DNA of 64,000 nucleotides from Dehalococcoidia bacterium (GTDB lineage Bacteria; Chloroflexota; Dehalococcoidia; UBA2979): NCBI GenBank assembly GCA_028279505.1, contig JANQNP010000042.1, positions 93 to 64,092 of the forward strand, read 5' to 3'. Shown piece by piece: positions 63,020 to 64,000 of this stretch (position 1 is its first letter; each line of letters starts with the position of its first letter). The notes under the pieces were generated by a model. It saw only the letters and a program-made list of their open reading frames with translations, ran no database searches and was not told where the DNA came from. The position numbers and the translations under genes were made by a program.

Positions 63020-64000
63020 CTAGGCCCCCATCCAGAGGTCCCGCAAGAGCGGCGCGTACCAGAGGTATTGGATGCCCTGGACGTTTGCGTCGTTGCGGAC
63101 GTAGGTCCAGCGATGACGATCCAGACCGGGGAGCACGGAGTAGATCTCGTCCGCGAGGATGGTGTTGACCTCCTGGTAGATCTCCTTCCGCTCGTCCTGG
63201 TCGTACGTGGCGGCTGCTGCGTCGAGGAGTGCCGAGTCGAGGCTCGGGACCGCGGCGTAGCCGGTGTTGTAGATCGCGTTCGCTCGGTAGAGGGTGCTGT
63301 AGTTGACGTCGGGGTCCGGGCGCAGCGACACGCCACTTGGCGAGGCCCACATACCGTCGCCGCCATCGCGGGCGGGACCACCGCCAGCCGGCCGATCGAC
63401 CAGGTAGTTGACCTCGATGCCAACCTTCGCCATGTCGTCGACGAAGAGCGTCACGGCATCGGGGCCACCCCACACTCGGGCCGCGCCGGCGACGTTGAAC
63501 TTGCGCTCGCCCTCCGGCACGCCTGACTGCTCGAGCAGCTGCTTGGCCATCTCCGGGTCGTACGACGGGAAGTTGTCCTGCGGCTCGTACGCCCAGCTTC
63601 CGGTCGGAACCGGGCCGGCCATCGGCGGATTCAGTCCGCCGTAGAAGAGCTCGTTGAAGACGTCGCGGTTCCACGCGTGGGAGACCGCTCGGCGGAAGAG
63701 CTTGTTGTTCAGCGGCGCGATGCCGTGGTTCCAGTAGACCGTCACCATCGCCGCGCCCGGGTTGCCGACGGTGGTCACGTTGGGATCGTCGACGAGCTCC
63801 TGGAACACCCGGAACGGTTCTTCGATGTAGTCGATCTCGCCCGCTTGGAGCGCGGCGACGATCACGGTCTGGTCCGGGATGATCCGGACTGAGATGTCGT
63901 CGAGGTAGGAGGCAGGCCGGCCTTCGGCGTCCTTCAGCCAGTAGTCCTCGTTGCGCTCGAATTGCAGATCAGACTCATCGCGCCAGCTCGTGAGCTTGTA
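63020..64000 (-). CDS. ABC transporter substrate-binding protein, family 5 (peptide/nickel type). The 5' part lies beyond the window.
   Basis: The frame stays open to the window edge. Family-5 SBP C-terminal region. Stop is at 63020. Confidence 0.7.
   Translation of the reverse strand, partial: YKLTSWRDESDLQFERNEDYWLKDAEGRPASYLDDISVRIIPDQTVIVAALQAGEIDYIEEPFRVFQELVDDPNVTTVGNPGAAMVTVYWNHGIAPLNNKLFRRAVSHAWNRDVFNELFYGGLNPPMAGPVPTGSWAYEPQDNFPSYDPEMAKQLLEQSGVPEGERKFNVAGAARVWGGPDAVTLFVDDMAKVGIEVNYLVDRPAGGGPARDGGDGMWASPSGVSLRPDPDVNYSTLYRANAIYNTGYAAVPSLDSALLDAAAATYDQDERKEIYQEVNTILADEIYSVLPGLDRHRWTYVRNDANVQGIQYLWYAPLLRDLWMGA

Noticed and set aside
1-64000. Looked for rRNA, tRNA, IS elements/transposases, integrases, toxin-antitoxin pairs, restriction-modification or other defence systems
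   Set aside because: Intergenic space is minimal and no such signatures were recognised by eye. A tRNA-scan or HMM-based defence-system scan would be needed to be certain.

Overview
This is a gene-dense, high-GC (about 70%) bacterial chromosomal segment that looks Actinobacteria-like. Almost all of it is coding on both strands, and many adjacent genes overlap by 1-4 nt at start/stop (ATGA, GTGA, TAGTG), which suggests translational coupling. Many antisense 'shadow' ORFs in the six-frame track are GC artefacts and were discarded. No rRNA, tRNA, CRISPR array or IS/transposase was recognised. Contents in order: (1) 1-6.3 kb holds four FHA (phosphothreonine-binding) domain genes with unusual fusions: FHA-flavoprotein oxidoreductase, FHA-zinc ribbon-FHA, FHA-MFS transporter-FHA, and FHA-TM anchor. 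A membrane protein with a Thr/Pro-rich tail and a trypsin-like lipoprotein protease sit beside them. (2) Two paralogous fused CydDC-type ABC exporters (7.8-11.4 kb and 41.6-45.2 kb). (3) Two Dpp/Opp-type ABC importers. The first operon encloses an alpha/beta hydrolase and a cupin protein; the second is preceded by an array of 11-bp direct repeats. (4) A small GatC/AtzG-like protein plus tandem amidase-signature paralogs, convergent with an atypical asparaginase-superfamily protein. (5) Two FecCD/FecE-type chelate importers with three paralogous binding proteins. One binding domain is fused to an XRE helix-turn-helix as a cytoplasmic one-component regulator, and each system is followed by a GNAT acyltransferase. 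(6) A metal-homeostasis cluster: ArsR/SmtB regulator with a His-rich protein, a Fur-family regulator, a thioredoxin-reductase-like/methyltransferase fusion, and an XRE-cupin regulator. (7) A CoA-thioester catabolic cluster: a frameshifted crotonase, an acyl-CoA dehydrogenase, a cyclase, tandem MaoC-like paralogs, a second crotonase, and four tandem family III CoA-transferases. Downstream lie two Dpp-type permeases and a binding protein with no ATPase gene. The most novel-looking elements are the FHA fusion cluster, the HTH-PBP one-component regulator, the GatC-like/amidase/asparaginase-like module, and the periodic GTTCC repeat array.
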